From the NCBI GenBank assembly GCA_028534125.1, contig CM052816.1, positions 23,314,001 to 23,378,000 on the forward strand: DNA of 64,000 nt, in the 5' to 3' direction. Below are positions 1 through 11,157 of this stretch, piece by piece. The notes beneath the pieces are model-generated. The model was not told where the DNA came from and did no database searches. It worked only from the letters and a program-made list of their open reading frames with translations. The position numbers were made by a program, and so were the translations under genes. Each line of letters begins with the position of its first letter. The first letter of the stretch is position 1. Origin of the DNA: Lama glama. Lineage: Eukaryota.

Positions 1-41
1 ACTGGAAGGTGCATGTGTGTGGCTTAACAAGCAGAACTATT

Positions 42-361
42 TTTTTTAACATTTTTTTTATTGAGTTATAGTCATTTTACAATGTTGTATCAAATTCCAG
101 CGTACAGCACAATTTTTCATTTATATACGAACATACATATATTCAGTGTCACTTTTTTTTTGCTGTGAGCTACCACAAGATCTTGTATATACTTCCCTGT
201 GCTATACAGTATAATCTTGTTCATCTATTCTGCATATGCCTGTCAGTATCTACAAATTTTGAACTCCCAGTCTGTCCCTCCCACTCCCCCGCCCCCTTGG
301 CAACCACAAGTTTGTATTCTATGTCTATGGGTCTGTTTCTGTTTTTGTTTTTGTTTTTTTT
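42..361 (-). mobile_element. Young 5'-truncated L1 (3' UTR plus poly-A tail), camelid-type
   Basis: Perfect 14-bp TSD caagcagaactatt at 28-41 and 362-375. T-rich tail at 41-59, minus-strand AATAAA at 57-62, G-rich tract on minus strand (~277-298) typical of L1 3' UTR. Confidence 0.9.
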
Positions 362-499
362 CAAGCAGAACTATTCAACCTTCTACACTGTTAATTTCTT
401 CCCCTTCTATTTTTAAGTTCTACCTCCTGACGCTTATTATGCATTCAGGTATGCCATGAGAGCTTCAAGCAATAGTGTCCCAAAGTGAGTGGGAAAAAC

Positions 500-1265
500 A
501 TAGCAATTGCATATTCTCAGACTTCGTTTTACTTCCCTTGTCTTCAGCTTGTGAAACTGCTAATCATTTCCACTTGGAAAACTGTCTTCACTTAGCCTCC
601 AGGACCCTACTTTCTCGTGGGTCTATTCCTACCGGTAGACTTCTTCAGAGTTTTAATTGTTGCTTTCTCCTTATCTTCCTAACCTCTAAATATGATAGTG
701 ATCAAGTTCTCAGGCTTGGATTCTTCCCTTCTCTAACTCACTCCCTAGTGTTCTCATTTCGTATCATGTCTTTGGTGTCACCTACTTGTTGGGGACTTTC
801 AGACAGATGCCTATCCTGGACCTACTTAGATCTCTACTTGGATGTCTAACGTGCATCTTAAAATTAAAACATGACCCTAACTCTGTTGCTGGGCATCTGC
901 TGTCCGTTTCCTGTTGCTATATTCTCCCCAAGACAAATGCATGGCTTGCTGTCTAACTGCCTTCAGATCTCTAAACAAATGCTACTTTCTATAGGAAGCC
1001 TTCCCAAATCACCCCATATAAAACAGCAGCATTCGCACCCTCCCATTCCTTGTTGCATTCCCTGTTTTTCTTACCCAAGTTTATACTTCTCCAAAACACT
1101 TACCACCAACCGACCTACTATTCATGCATTTACTTACTGTCTGTTTCCCCCAACTAAAATGTAAGCTCCAGGAAGGCAGGGCTTTGTTTCCTGCTGTTAT
1201 AAGTATATAGAACAGTGCCTCAAAGTAGATGGAACTCAATAAATATTTGTCAAATCAGTAACTGA
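500..1265 (+). mobile_element. L2 LINE 3' fragment (L2a-like)
   Basis: L2 3' end motifs gtaagctccaggaaggcagg ... ctcaataaatatttgt. Confidence 0.75.
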
Positions 1266-2084
1266 ATTTTTAAATAATCTCTTCAAAGTCCCTATCAATC
1301 TACCTCCCCACCCATCCACCTGCCTACCTACCTACTCACGTAACTACTTTCCATGCTTTGCATGTTGCACGAATTTGGGATGGAAATGATGATTTTCAAG
1401 GGCAGTATCAGAATGCCGTTTTGGATTTTGGGAATCATAGAAGCCCAAGCTCTTAGCCCTAGGAGACTCCGAAAGATGATGCAGTCCCACTTTCTTGCTC
1501 TACAGACTGTGACTCAGAAAGAAAGAAAGCTCTGACTATGGTTACACAACTAATAAGGGGCACAACCACTTCATGCCTTTCCAGCCAAGCCTGGACTAGG
1601 AGGTGCTGCTTTTCCTGGGCTGCCCAGGGCATCCCAATCCTTTCTGGTATCATTTTTATACCATCCTTGATAGAGATGACACACAGAGAGAACTGGAGAA
1701 AACCTGAATAAAAATGTCACCTATATGCAATTTCAGGGGGAAAAAAGGAGAACATTTCTGGATACTTAAAACCTAAAACTTAGTTCTATTGCAAAATGTC
1801 TAGTTTAAAACAAGGCACATCCTGGGATACTGAGAAACAGATTGAACACTCCAGATTGAACACTATTTATATTAATAAATAGTTATGCTTTCAGAGATAG
1901 AAAAAGTCCATACAAGTAGGTTAGTGAGAAATGACCATATAAACAGAGCTAGTAGCCTGGAAAAATAAAACAATCAATTAAAATAGTTCTTAACCATGAT
2001 GGTACCGGTGTTGTAACAGATAAAACAAATTCAGTCTAACACAGGCTCCCATACAAAAGCCACAATGGAAAGAAATGTGGAAGA

Positions 2085-2297
2085 GTCAGTAGGTACAGTG
2101 GTTACAATATACTCTGTTCTTCAGATTTCTATCTAACCCTTCCTCTTAGTAAGTGTAATAACTTAATTGTGTTATTTAACTTCTACAGGCCTCACTTTGT
2201 TGATCTGCAAAATGGGACTGAATAATAGCTATGGCATATAATTGTTATAAGAATCAAAATAGATCATAAATATAAATGATTTGCACACTGTGGCATC
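2085..2297 (+). mobile_element. MIR SINE
   Basis: MIR core: ttatttaacttct..gcctcactttg..atctgcaaaatggg..aataatagcta. Confidence 0.75.
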
Positions 2298-2999
2298 TGT
2301 TTTAGATTTCAAAATATTGTGGAATGGAACTGGTAAAATTTAATTAAATGCAATATATAATTAAAACATAATTTCTAAAAATTTTAAAAAATACTGTTTA
2401 TGAGAAATGATCTAAAATCTACCAAAATCATGTTTGTAGTTGATCATCTGTTGAATTGCTCTACCATTTGGAGTACTTGGTAAAACATGAACAACTTCCA
2501 CTGATCAACTTTATCTATTTTCTATACCACATGGACTGAAACCACCTCCTAGGCAAAAGTACAACAGTAATTACAGACAGTCTACTCTGTTTTCTGAAAC
2601 AATGCTAATTTCAGCATGTAGACATGTCTGCCCACAAAATCAAACTTGAGTATCTCAAAACATTCATTTTACCATGAGGATTTAAGAAAGAAGACTGTCA
2701 CTCAAGTTTTGACTATCTGAAGGCCTGGAGGTGAGAGCAGAGTGAACAAGAAGACTGGTAGATGAGATGAGAGAGGTATTAGGACACATCACACAGAGCC
2801 AGCCATGCTGTTGTGGTAATGATCACACCTGATGCCAAGTTCCAAGGACCCATGGGTCTGTCACATGTGAACCCTTGGATACCTAGAAACAATCACACAC
2901 CGATAAGAGCTCCCTCTGAGGTCCACTTCTGCCAGGTGACTACTACAGCCTACCCCGCCTTTCACGTGTCACATTCAGTGCAGATCCAACTTCTTTATA

Positions 3000-3130
3000 C
3001 GTTCACTCATTTGACTCTTACATCAAATATTTACTGAGTGCCCACCACGTGCTAGCTGCCGGACTAGATGCCGGAGAAACACTCTCTGCCCTCGTGGAGC
3101 TTACACACGAGGCTGGGCAATTAATAAGAG
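3000..3130 (-). mobile_element. L2 3' end fragment
   Basis: cactcatt..aaatatttactgagtgcccaccacgtgc..ctgccctcgtggagcttac. Confidence 0.7.
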
Positions 3131-4102
3131 GAAAATAATCAACAAACAAGTGAACAACACTTTCAATAAGAACTACAAAACAGAGAGAGCATAAAGTATG
3201 TCATGATACCAGATAATCTTTTCCTTATAATGGATTTTATTTACGTTGCCAGTAATCCAAAACAGCAATATCTTCAGGAAAGCCCAACTCCTTTGAGGCA
3301 ATCACAGAAAATTAGGTACAGCGAAACACAGCTAACAATTCAGTCTAAGGTGCCTATCGGTTTATCCTGAAATACAAAAGGTGGGTGAGTATGGATGCTG
3401 GAAAAAGGTAGGAAAAAATGAGCAGCTAGGGGCTGAGCTGCAGGAGGAGAAGAGAAAAGAAAAAAGGAAGTGTAAGTATAGCTAAAATTCTGACATCAAT
3501 TAAGGTCATTTTGCTCAGTTGTTCAGAGTTCAGAGTTTTCTAGAATGGGACAACTGGCCTCAGTAACTAGTGACAGTCTGAATACAATATACAGACACTG
3601 CTTTGTTCTCCACCAGCCATTTACCCTTTCCCTCTGGTTTAACTGTTAAGAAACGTACTCTCGAATTTTGATTCTTATGTAGTATATTTTCAACATTTTA
3701 TTGCCAGGATTAAAAGATATAATCCTTTCTCCAAAATTACACATTTATATATTTTTTTTTATTATTACATTTCACCCAGTTACCCAGCAAGTAAAACAGT
3801 AAGAGATTTAAAATAAAAGCATTGAACTGGCATAATGCAAAGACTTCCCTGAATTCAGTGCCGTTTTCCAAGTAGAAGTTCTTAGGTCATTCCTTCCTGA
3901 CACCCATTTCTATCATTTTCAAAATGTCAGGGGGGAAATGCAGAAGCCTTTTCTTAGAAAATCCTTCTTTCCAACAAAGCACCTGGGGTGCTCTGGAGCC
4001 ACAAACTCTAACATGAAGTCATCTTCTTTGCCTCCAGTCAGTACTTCTAAATAATGAGTGTGAACATACATTCAGAAAATCCCACCTGGATTCAACTCTT
4101 AC

Positions 4103-4253
4103 CTGCATCTCTTGACAAAAGGAAGCCAAAGGCCCAAAGAGAATCTGACACTGCTCGTCAGCCGTGTACATCATCTCTGGCAACTTGGAGGGAACCATCA
4201 CGGAATTGACACTCTGGGGGTTTGTCTGTAGCAAGCAGTTACTGGCCTTTGAC
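4103..4253 (-). CDS. ADAMTS19: ADAMTS19 151-nt exon: (R)SKASNCLLQTNPQSVNSVMVPSKLPEMMYTADEQCQILFGPLASFCQEMQ, end of protease domain and start of disintegrin-like domain
   Basis: gttgccag|GTCAAAG...ATGCAG|gtaaga. Overlaps ORF 4019..4234. YTADEQC..FG motif of the ADAMTS disintegrin-like domain. Confidence 0.97.
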
Positions 4254-5458
4254 CTGGCAACATGCAGATACGTGTAAAATTTTGGATTTAATGCAAAAAG
4301 CTGTTAGAATCAGTTAACACAGGAACAGGAAATATTCTGATACTACTAAAAATATGTTTTTACATAGTTATAGCTACTACTGAATGCTTATAGCCATTAT
4401 CCCATACAGAAGAATCATTTATTTATAATTATTAAGATGATCCTAATAATAATTAAAACTGGTCAAGTTACCAGAACATTTTAGTTTATAAACGTCTTTC
4501 ATATGGACTAACTCAGCTAATCTACATTAACGCTGTGACATGGGTATTATTTTACACATTTATAAGATGAAGCAGCTCAGACTCAGAGAATAACTTGCCC
4601 AAAAGTAATGTATGAAGGTGAGAAATCTACTATTTTCAGGGATTTTTAAAAGAATGTACGGAAAGCACTGTCAAGTGACTATTAACAGCATAAATATTTT
4701 TGTACTTGAGATGGTACTGCAACTTCCATTTACGAGGTAACATTTAATTTTATCATAGTTCTGATTCACAAGAAGGCAGCTAGACAAAAGCACACACGCA
4801 TCAGGGCCGACTGAGGGGCTACTGCTGCAGAGAGACGGTGGGTTCAAAACACTGCACGCTCTGAGCACTGCTCTCTATACTGTCATGACGAAGCTCGTGC
4901 CCACACGAGACTGCACACATTTCTGCACGGTTATAGTGATGTGACAGATAATATATTTTAGTAAATTTCAATACTCATTCAACATAAAAAATTAGCTTGC
5001 CTATTTAAATGGTCTGGAAAAATACATAAAGTTGGCCTGTGTAGTGAATTTAGCTAGCTGGGTGTTCCTAAATTTCTTACTTATTCTTTTGGATACTTTA
5101 AGCATCTCTCTCTCAGTGACTGACTAGTACCTCACATATCACCTCCTGGGACTGTTTCAGCTGCCCCTTCCATTACTGAAGGAATACAGAACAAGAGCTT
5201 TAAAATGAAAATTAGAACAGTAATATTCTTTTCCCAACCAGGCGGAAGCTAAGTGTTACCACCATTGAAGGTGCAAAAGAGGAGAATAAAGGACTATTAT
5301 AATGGTGAAAAATATGTAATAATGAAAAAAGATTCAGAGTTTAGAACTACCACAGTGGAAAGGTGGAGTTTTTGTTAAAGAGGTTCTTTGAGATAACAAC
5401 CCATGGGCTGAGCCATGAGCAATGAGAATATTTCCACTGTGAAATTTTAGAGGCAGCT

Positions 5459-5577
5459 GGAAGGTATAGCTCAGTGGTAGAGCACATGCCTAACATGCAC
5501 GAGGTCCTGGGTTCAATCCCCAGTACCTCCACTAAACATATAAATAAACCTAATTACCTCCCCCATTAAAAAAAAAA
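5459..5577 (+). mobile_element. tRNA-derived camelid SINE (Vic-1-like)
   Basis: Pol III A box TAGCTCAGTGG (5467-5477) and B box GGTTCAATCCC (5510-5520). A-rich tail. TSD agaggca(gct/att) at 5449 and 5578. Confidence 0.9.
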
Positions 5578-5599
5578 AGAGGCAATTAAATACTATGAC

Positions 5600-5770
5600 A
5601 GATCTTTTTTTTAATCATTATATAATTTTCAACCTTACAAATCATCTTGCCAATCCTCTTATTTGAAAATGTGGAAACTAAGAAGCATGGGGGGTGAAAC
5701 AATATGCCCCAATCCTCACTGTGAGTCAGTAGAGAGCCAGGATTGGAACCAAGCGCCTAGATTCCTCACC
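5600..5770 (-). mobile_element. MIR SINE
   Basis: atgtggaaactaag..tgaaacaatatgccc..agagccaggattggaacc. Confidence 0.6.
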
Positions 5771-5870
5771 CGGCGTCCTTTCTGCTCCCCATCGTCACCT
5801 TCCCAGGCTGGTAGAGGAAGCAGGCACACATACACGTTGATGACATGACAACGGCAAGGGACCTCAGTAC

Positions 5871-6011
5871 CTGAGAAATCTTTCCAAGTCTTCCTTGCTA
5901 CATCGGGACCATGAAACATCACCAAGATTTTGTCCTTTAATCCATTCACCAGACATGATATGAAGACCATCAGCACATGACGGGTGGTCATTGTCGTGAT
6001 TAATGCCCATG
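5871..6011 (-). CDS. ADAMTS19: ADAMTS19 141-nt exon: (N)[46 protein letters not shown](R), third His ligand and Met-turn
   Basis: ctgaaccag|CATGGGC...TTTCTCAG|gtactg. Completes HEMGHNMGINHD; contains HIMS Met-turn and WSRCS motif. Phase 2-2. Confidence 0.97.
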
Positions 6012-6549
6012 CTGGTTCAGAACATAATTAAAATTTAAAAATTCTATCAGATAAATATTTTAACCTGTTGATGTAAGTGCCATTAAATAACATCTAAATA
6101 TGTAAAATGATGGGAGAGAAATTAGTTTTAAAGGCCAAAATAAAATCAGATTTCAGATTGATTTTTAAAATTTTATGATCTAGAAAAAATCAGTATTTTT
6201 ATTTAGTAAAAAAGCATTTTCCCAATCAATCTAGTAAAGAACATGCTCAGTTCACATACATCCAAATGATCTATAGACACATTTTCCACATAGTGGTATG
6301 TGGGAGACACATAGAAATAGTGAGTTTTCCTTTAAACACACTAGATTTTTGCTCTGCCTGAAGATCCTTTATTCATTCTTTTATTAAATCTGAAACCACA
6401 TTGAAGTATTATTTTCCCCATTTGCTTCATTAGACTGTCTTCTCATCATAAAACACAAAGTGTCCCTGGGAAACCTGTGTGCTTCTTTTTCTTTATCTTT
6501 TCTATGGAATCCTGAATCTATGGCTTTAAGTTGGAACTCTATTCTCAAA

Positions 6550-7150
6550 CTTTGACTTATCTTCAACTGAACTCACCAGAAGAATGTTAAATTCAGTAGG
6601 TCAAACCTCTCTGCACTCCTGTCTTCTCTTTCTCTCTTGTTCCCTTTTTGGTGTGCCTTTTCTAGCCATCCAGTTTGCCAAATCAAGGATCTTCAGGTCA
6701 TCATTTACTCCTTCCTCTATCAAATTATCATCCACAGTATTTTATTTACTAATTGTTAGGGGCAAGCCCTGCCAATCTACTTTCTAAATATTTCTTTCAA
6801 CTCCCTTCAATTCCTTTTGTTACTATTAAAGAGGGTAATAAGAAATACTTAGTCTTGACAATTACTATGGTAGGCTGACTGGGTTCTGTGCCTCTCTTTG
6901 GCAACATTCTCCCTTCTCCTCCTAACCTGCTCCAGTGAGATCTATTTAAAACACAATTAGGCTGCCATTTCTCTGCTTTTCCATTACCTATATAGCAATT
7001 TCCAGGTCTTTAACATGGTACACAGTTTCTTAGTCTTCTTCCAAGCCATTTATTGCATTTCTTTTCAGCAACAGCAAATGATTTGCAGTTTCCCAAACAT
7101 TATGTTGTTTCTTATTCCTTGCAATTTCAATGTGTCATTTTCTATGTGTC
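6550..7150 (+). mobile_element. Degraded L2 fragment
   Basis: Pyrimidine-rich L2-like body (ccagtgagatctatttaaaacac; aatgatttgcagtttccc). Confidence 0.5.
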
Positions 7151-9449
7151 ATATACCATAAAAAAGGGTTTATAAGCTTGAATGAAACAAGGCTATGAGG
7201 GAGCAACTATTATAATACCCTTTTTACTGATGAGAAGACATTTTCCCAAGGTCATAGAGTAAGAAAGTGGAAAGTAGTGATGTTTGAACTGAAGAGACGG
7301 GCTCTAGAATCACCATTACACATTCGATGTCTATGAATTCTACTCCCTCCCCGCCATATCTAACAATGTCTGTCCCTGGATATATTCTGCATAATATTTA
7401 AGGTTAGTGTAGATTACCTTCAGGAGGTTTCCTCCCACTAACTCCTACCTCACCTATGGGTACCATCTCTTTTACCCACCACAGGATTCTGTAAACATCA
7501 TTACTACAGTGTTTTCTACATCGGATCGTTCATTTTTACTTTCGGTTATCTCTGCAGTTTCTCTAGGATATAGGAGCTCTCTAAGATCCTAGCATATTGG
7601 AATCATACTCTATAAATGATATTTAAATGTTGAAGCAAGTCAGCATGTAGAATCACTTCTATTTCAGTAAAAATTTCATACAATCTCCTGTGAATCCTCA
7701 TAAGGAAGCCATTAAAGTGATTGTTCGTTAGAGAATGAAGACTGATGAAGCAGAAAGAGGAAAGTTTAGTTTTGTACATGTTAAGTCTGAGCTGATGGCA
7801 AGAGAGTCCAATGCTCCCTTTTCTCATTGTGTAATGATCTAGATAATAACTGAAGTATTCTTTTGTAGTAAAAAATTGTGAATAACAAGAATATCTATAT
7901 TATATTTTAAAACATTAATAAAAATTGTTTTAGAAGTTGCTGAAGGAAATCATAACTACCCACATTTCCTCATATAAAAATAAAAATTTTCAAGATTATT
8001 GAATTACATTTTCAGTTAAATAAATTGTTACATGGAATATATTTTTGAAAGCAGAAAATGATATAGGTGGAATTAATTTATGAAGAAGAGTAATGAATTA
8101 AAAGTTCATTATGTTTGCTAACTTGAAGACTATGGAAATAATGGTTTAAATAAAACTAAAAATACATTCTTGAATATCATTTTTCACTTTTAGTATTAGA
8201 AAAATTCAGCTCTATGGTAAGCTGTATTTCTCTTTCCTAATCCAATTAATGTCCTTACATAGGGTCTGTATCAATACATAGAATGATTGACAGAAAGAAT
8301 AGAAAGAAAAATGTTTTTCTTACTTTAAAGATAAAGAGGAAAAGTAAGAGATGATATAGAGTAGCTAGGGGCCAGTTCACTTACTGAGGGGTAGAGAGAA
8401 AGACGTAGGAGTTAAGATTTGAAATGTGTATCTCTCCTTTATTCATGTGACCAGAGGCAATTTAAATAATAATAAAGAAATAAACATGCCTTAGTTTATT
8501 CATTTGTTAAATACACTTTCCGGACTGGTTGTGAAAATTACATGAAGACAATGTAAAATGCCTGGCACAGTGCCTAGAAAATAGTAGGAACCTATAACTT
8601 TTTTCTCCCTAACTGGGGCAGTAAATCAGAGAAATTTTATCTTATCTCTCTAATTTGTCAAAAAAACAAAAACAAAAACACAAAGAGATAACCATCGTTA
8701 AAGGCAATCTGCTGTGTCTGCTGACTCTAGTGAAAGCAGAAACTTATGGAAAGCCAAGTAAATGATAACGGCAAGAATTTACTTTGTTCGGATGTTAAAT
8801 CAAAATATGAAATTGTACATAGGGCACAGTCCTCCAGACTGATAAAGATGCCTTCATGCACTAACCATATGGTTCCGATGCAGCCCGACTGAGTCACTGT
8901 CTCACCTCCACAAGGGGTTCTGCTGCAGCACACGTCGCTGGGCGACCCTCTTCCAGCAACAGCCACCTGCCCTGTGGAATGGACTCAACCCCTCCATTTG
9001 TAGACATGCAGTTTTTTGAACCATACACATATGCTATTAGTTTTGAAAGGCAACTGGTCTTTTTCAGAAATAATAAAACTTCTTTAAATAATGTGTCCTT
9101 TTGAGAGAAGGAGAGGGACTGCTTCCAAGATTTAGCAATTTGGACATTTTCCCAAAGCAGTGTAATGTGATTTTCCAAATTGGGAAGATTACAACTTCTT
9201 ATCCAGATGATCATTTTCCTTTTGGGATCCTGATTCTTATGTAAGAAATTAGCTACAGCCATGGAGAGATCTGATGATTCAAATGTTGTTTATCATTAGT
9301 TAAATTTTCCTAAAGCTATTTAACTTGTAACAGAAAGATTATCATTAAATTGGGATAGGGTGGTTTTTATTTTTAACCACACATCTGGAACTATCAAGAG
9401 ACACTGCTTAGTCCTAATTTTACAGATTTGACATGAAACAATTAATTGT

Positions 9450-9610
9450 GAACCTTTATCTGTGCCAGTCACCACATTAATCATTTACAAAGATAATATC
9501 ATTTAATCCTTACAATATCCCCATAACGTTTCTATTATCAGGACTTCTATTTTACAGATAAGGAAAGTGATGAGGTTAATGGTAGAGCCATGACTCAGAC
9601 CCAGGCAAAC
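9450..9610 (-). mobile_element. MIR SINE
   Basis: atcatttaatccttacaa..attttacagataaggaaa..gtagagccatgactcagacccaggc. Confidence 0.7.
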
Positions 9611-10999
9611 ACAGAAAACTTTAAATCACAAAACTATAGATGAAAAGTCTCCATTTATGTCTAAGATTTATTTTCTGAATAATTTAAAATGCTTCCTCTC
9701 TGTTAGCAAAAATGCACCTTCACATATACAGTCCCATAACCAAGTCGCACACACTGTATGGAAAACATTCTCGAAGTAAAACATTAGCAACACCTCTCCT
9801 CATACTGTGCAATGGAGCTACAGTTTAATAATCTCAGTTTAAATTCATTTTGACAAAAAGCCTTGTGCAAATAAACTCTCCACTAACATTGTACATGGTT
9901 GTCAAGTCAACTGAGAAAATATTTTTATCTTATAAAACTTCTCAACTTGTTTAAAAGTTCCTGCCAGGAAGTTTTGTGATATCCTGCGGAAAGCTGGAGA
10001 AGCATTTGGATTTTGAAGATGGTCCCTTTTGATGTTTAAAGAGTTAGAGAACATTTATGAATTCGCTCACATTTTTTGGATAATTTGGAAAGCATCCGTT
10101 TGTAAACAGTCATATTTTAAAAGAGTAAACTTTTTGCGCTGACTGCATTAAATATTTTGTCATCGTATCTTATTTCCCACTAAAAGCCATATAATATATA
10201 CAAAAGTTAATTTTAAAAAAGAAACAAATTCACAATGTCTAACTGGAAGTGGATTAGACTTCCATGAAATGACACTTAATTTCATACAATTCAGTGGCTG
10301 TATCTGATGTGATGAAACTTCACTGCTGTGTACTCATGGAAAAAAGCCCAACATTAAGAAATAGGAGATATTTTCATTACTTTTTATATTTTAAATTATT
10401 TAAAGCATTTCACTCTGCACAAAACAAATATGTACTTTCACTGGCAATCGAAAAGCAATGGAAAGCAAGTCAGCAACAAGGTAAAAAATGAGAGGTTAAA
10501 AAGCAGAGATGCTGAAAGAGCTTCCTTTTGATTTTGCTGTGTTATATGACAGGTTTATCTAGCAATTCAACAAAGGCTTGTTAGATCAGACTAACTGCTG
10601 GGTACTGCACTGAGCAGGGTCATAAAAATAACAAAGGTTCAGGTTTTTACTCTCAAGGAGTTTATCATCTACTGGGGTTGGAAGACTCAGTCGCTTGCCC
10701 TCAGGCAGCTAAAAGATGCCTGGATCCTGTTACTTCTGTGTTCCCGTGAAGCTCTCCCATCCACCCACCTTTCTCCACCCCTTCATCCATCAACCTCAAG
10801 ATAAGTGCTGGTTTCCTCCCTTCCGGATTGTTGTAACCTCTGTCTGACTGACCTCCTGCCCCTTAACTCTTTGCCTTATTAAGCCGTGCTTTAATTAACT
10901 TTAATTCCTTATGAAAACGTTAATCAAAAACTAGTTTCCTAAGTAAAATCTTTCAATTTTCCATGGCAAGCGATGACATTGAAAATGCAAATAATGAAT

Positions 11000-11157
11000 C
11001 GTGAACATCAGAATCAGAGGGCTAGTTAAAATGCAGATTCCTGGGCTCAACCCCAACCAATTAAAAGAGAATATTTATACATAAGACTTAAGAAGCAGCA
11101 GTTTAACACATTTTCTAGATGATTCTTACTCACTTAAAATTCTGAGAATCAGTGAGC
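11000..11157. mobile_element. MER5A-like hAT-Charlie DNA transposon
   Basis: catcagaatca..gttaaaatgcagattcctgggctc..gatgattct..ctgagaatcagtg. Confidence 0.75.

Noticed and set aside
4019..4102. C-terminal 27 aa of ORF 4019..4234 as coding
   Set aside because: This is read-through past the strong CAG|GTAAGA donor into the intron.
5459..5530. tRNA gene (Ala-like)
   Set aside because: It has a SINE tail, poly-A and TSD, and the acceptor stem is disrupted.
5716..5991. 91-aa minus-strand ORF
   Set aside because: It is an alternative frame over the real exon with no recognisable protein.
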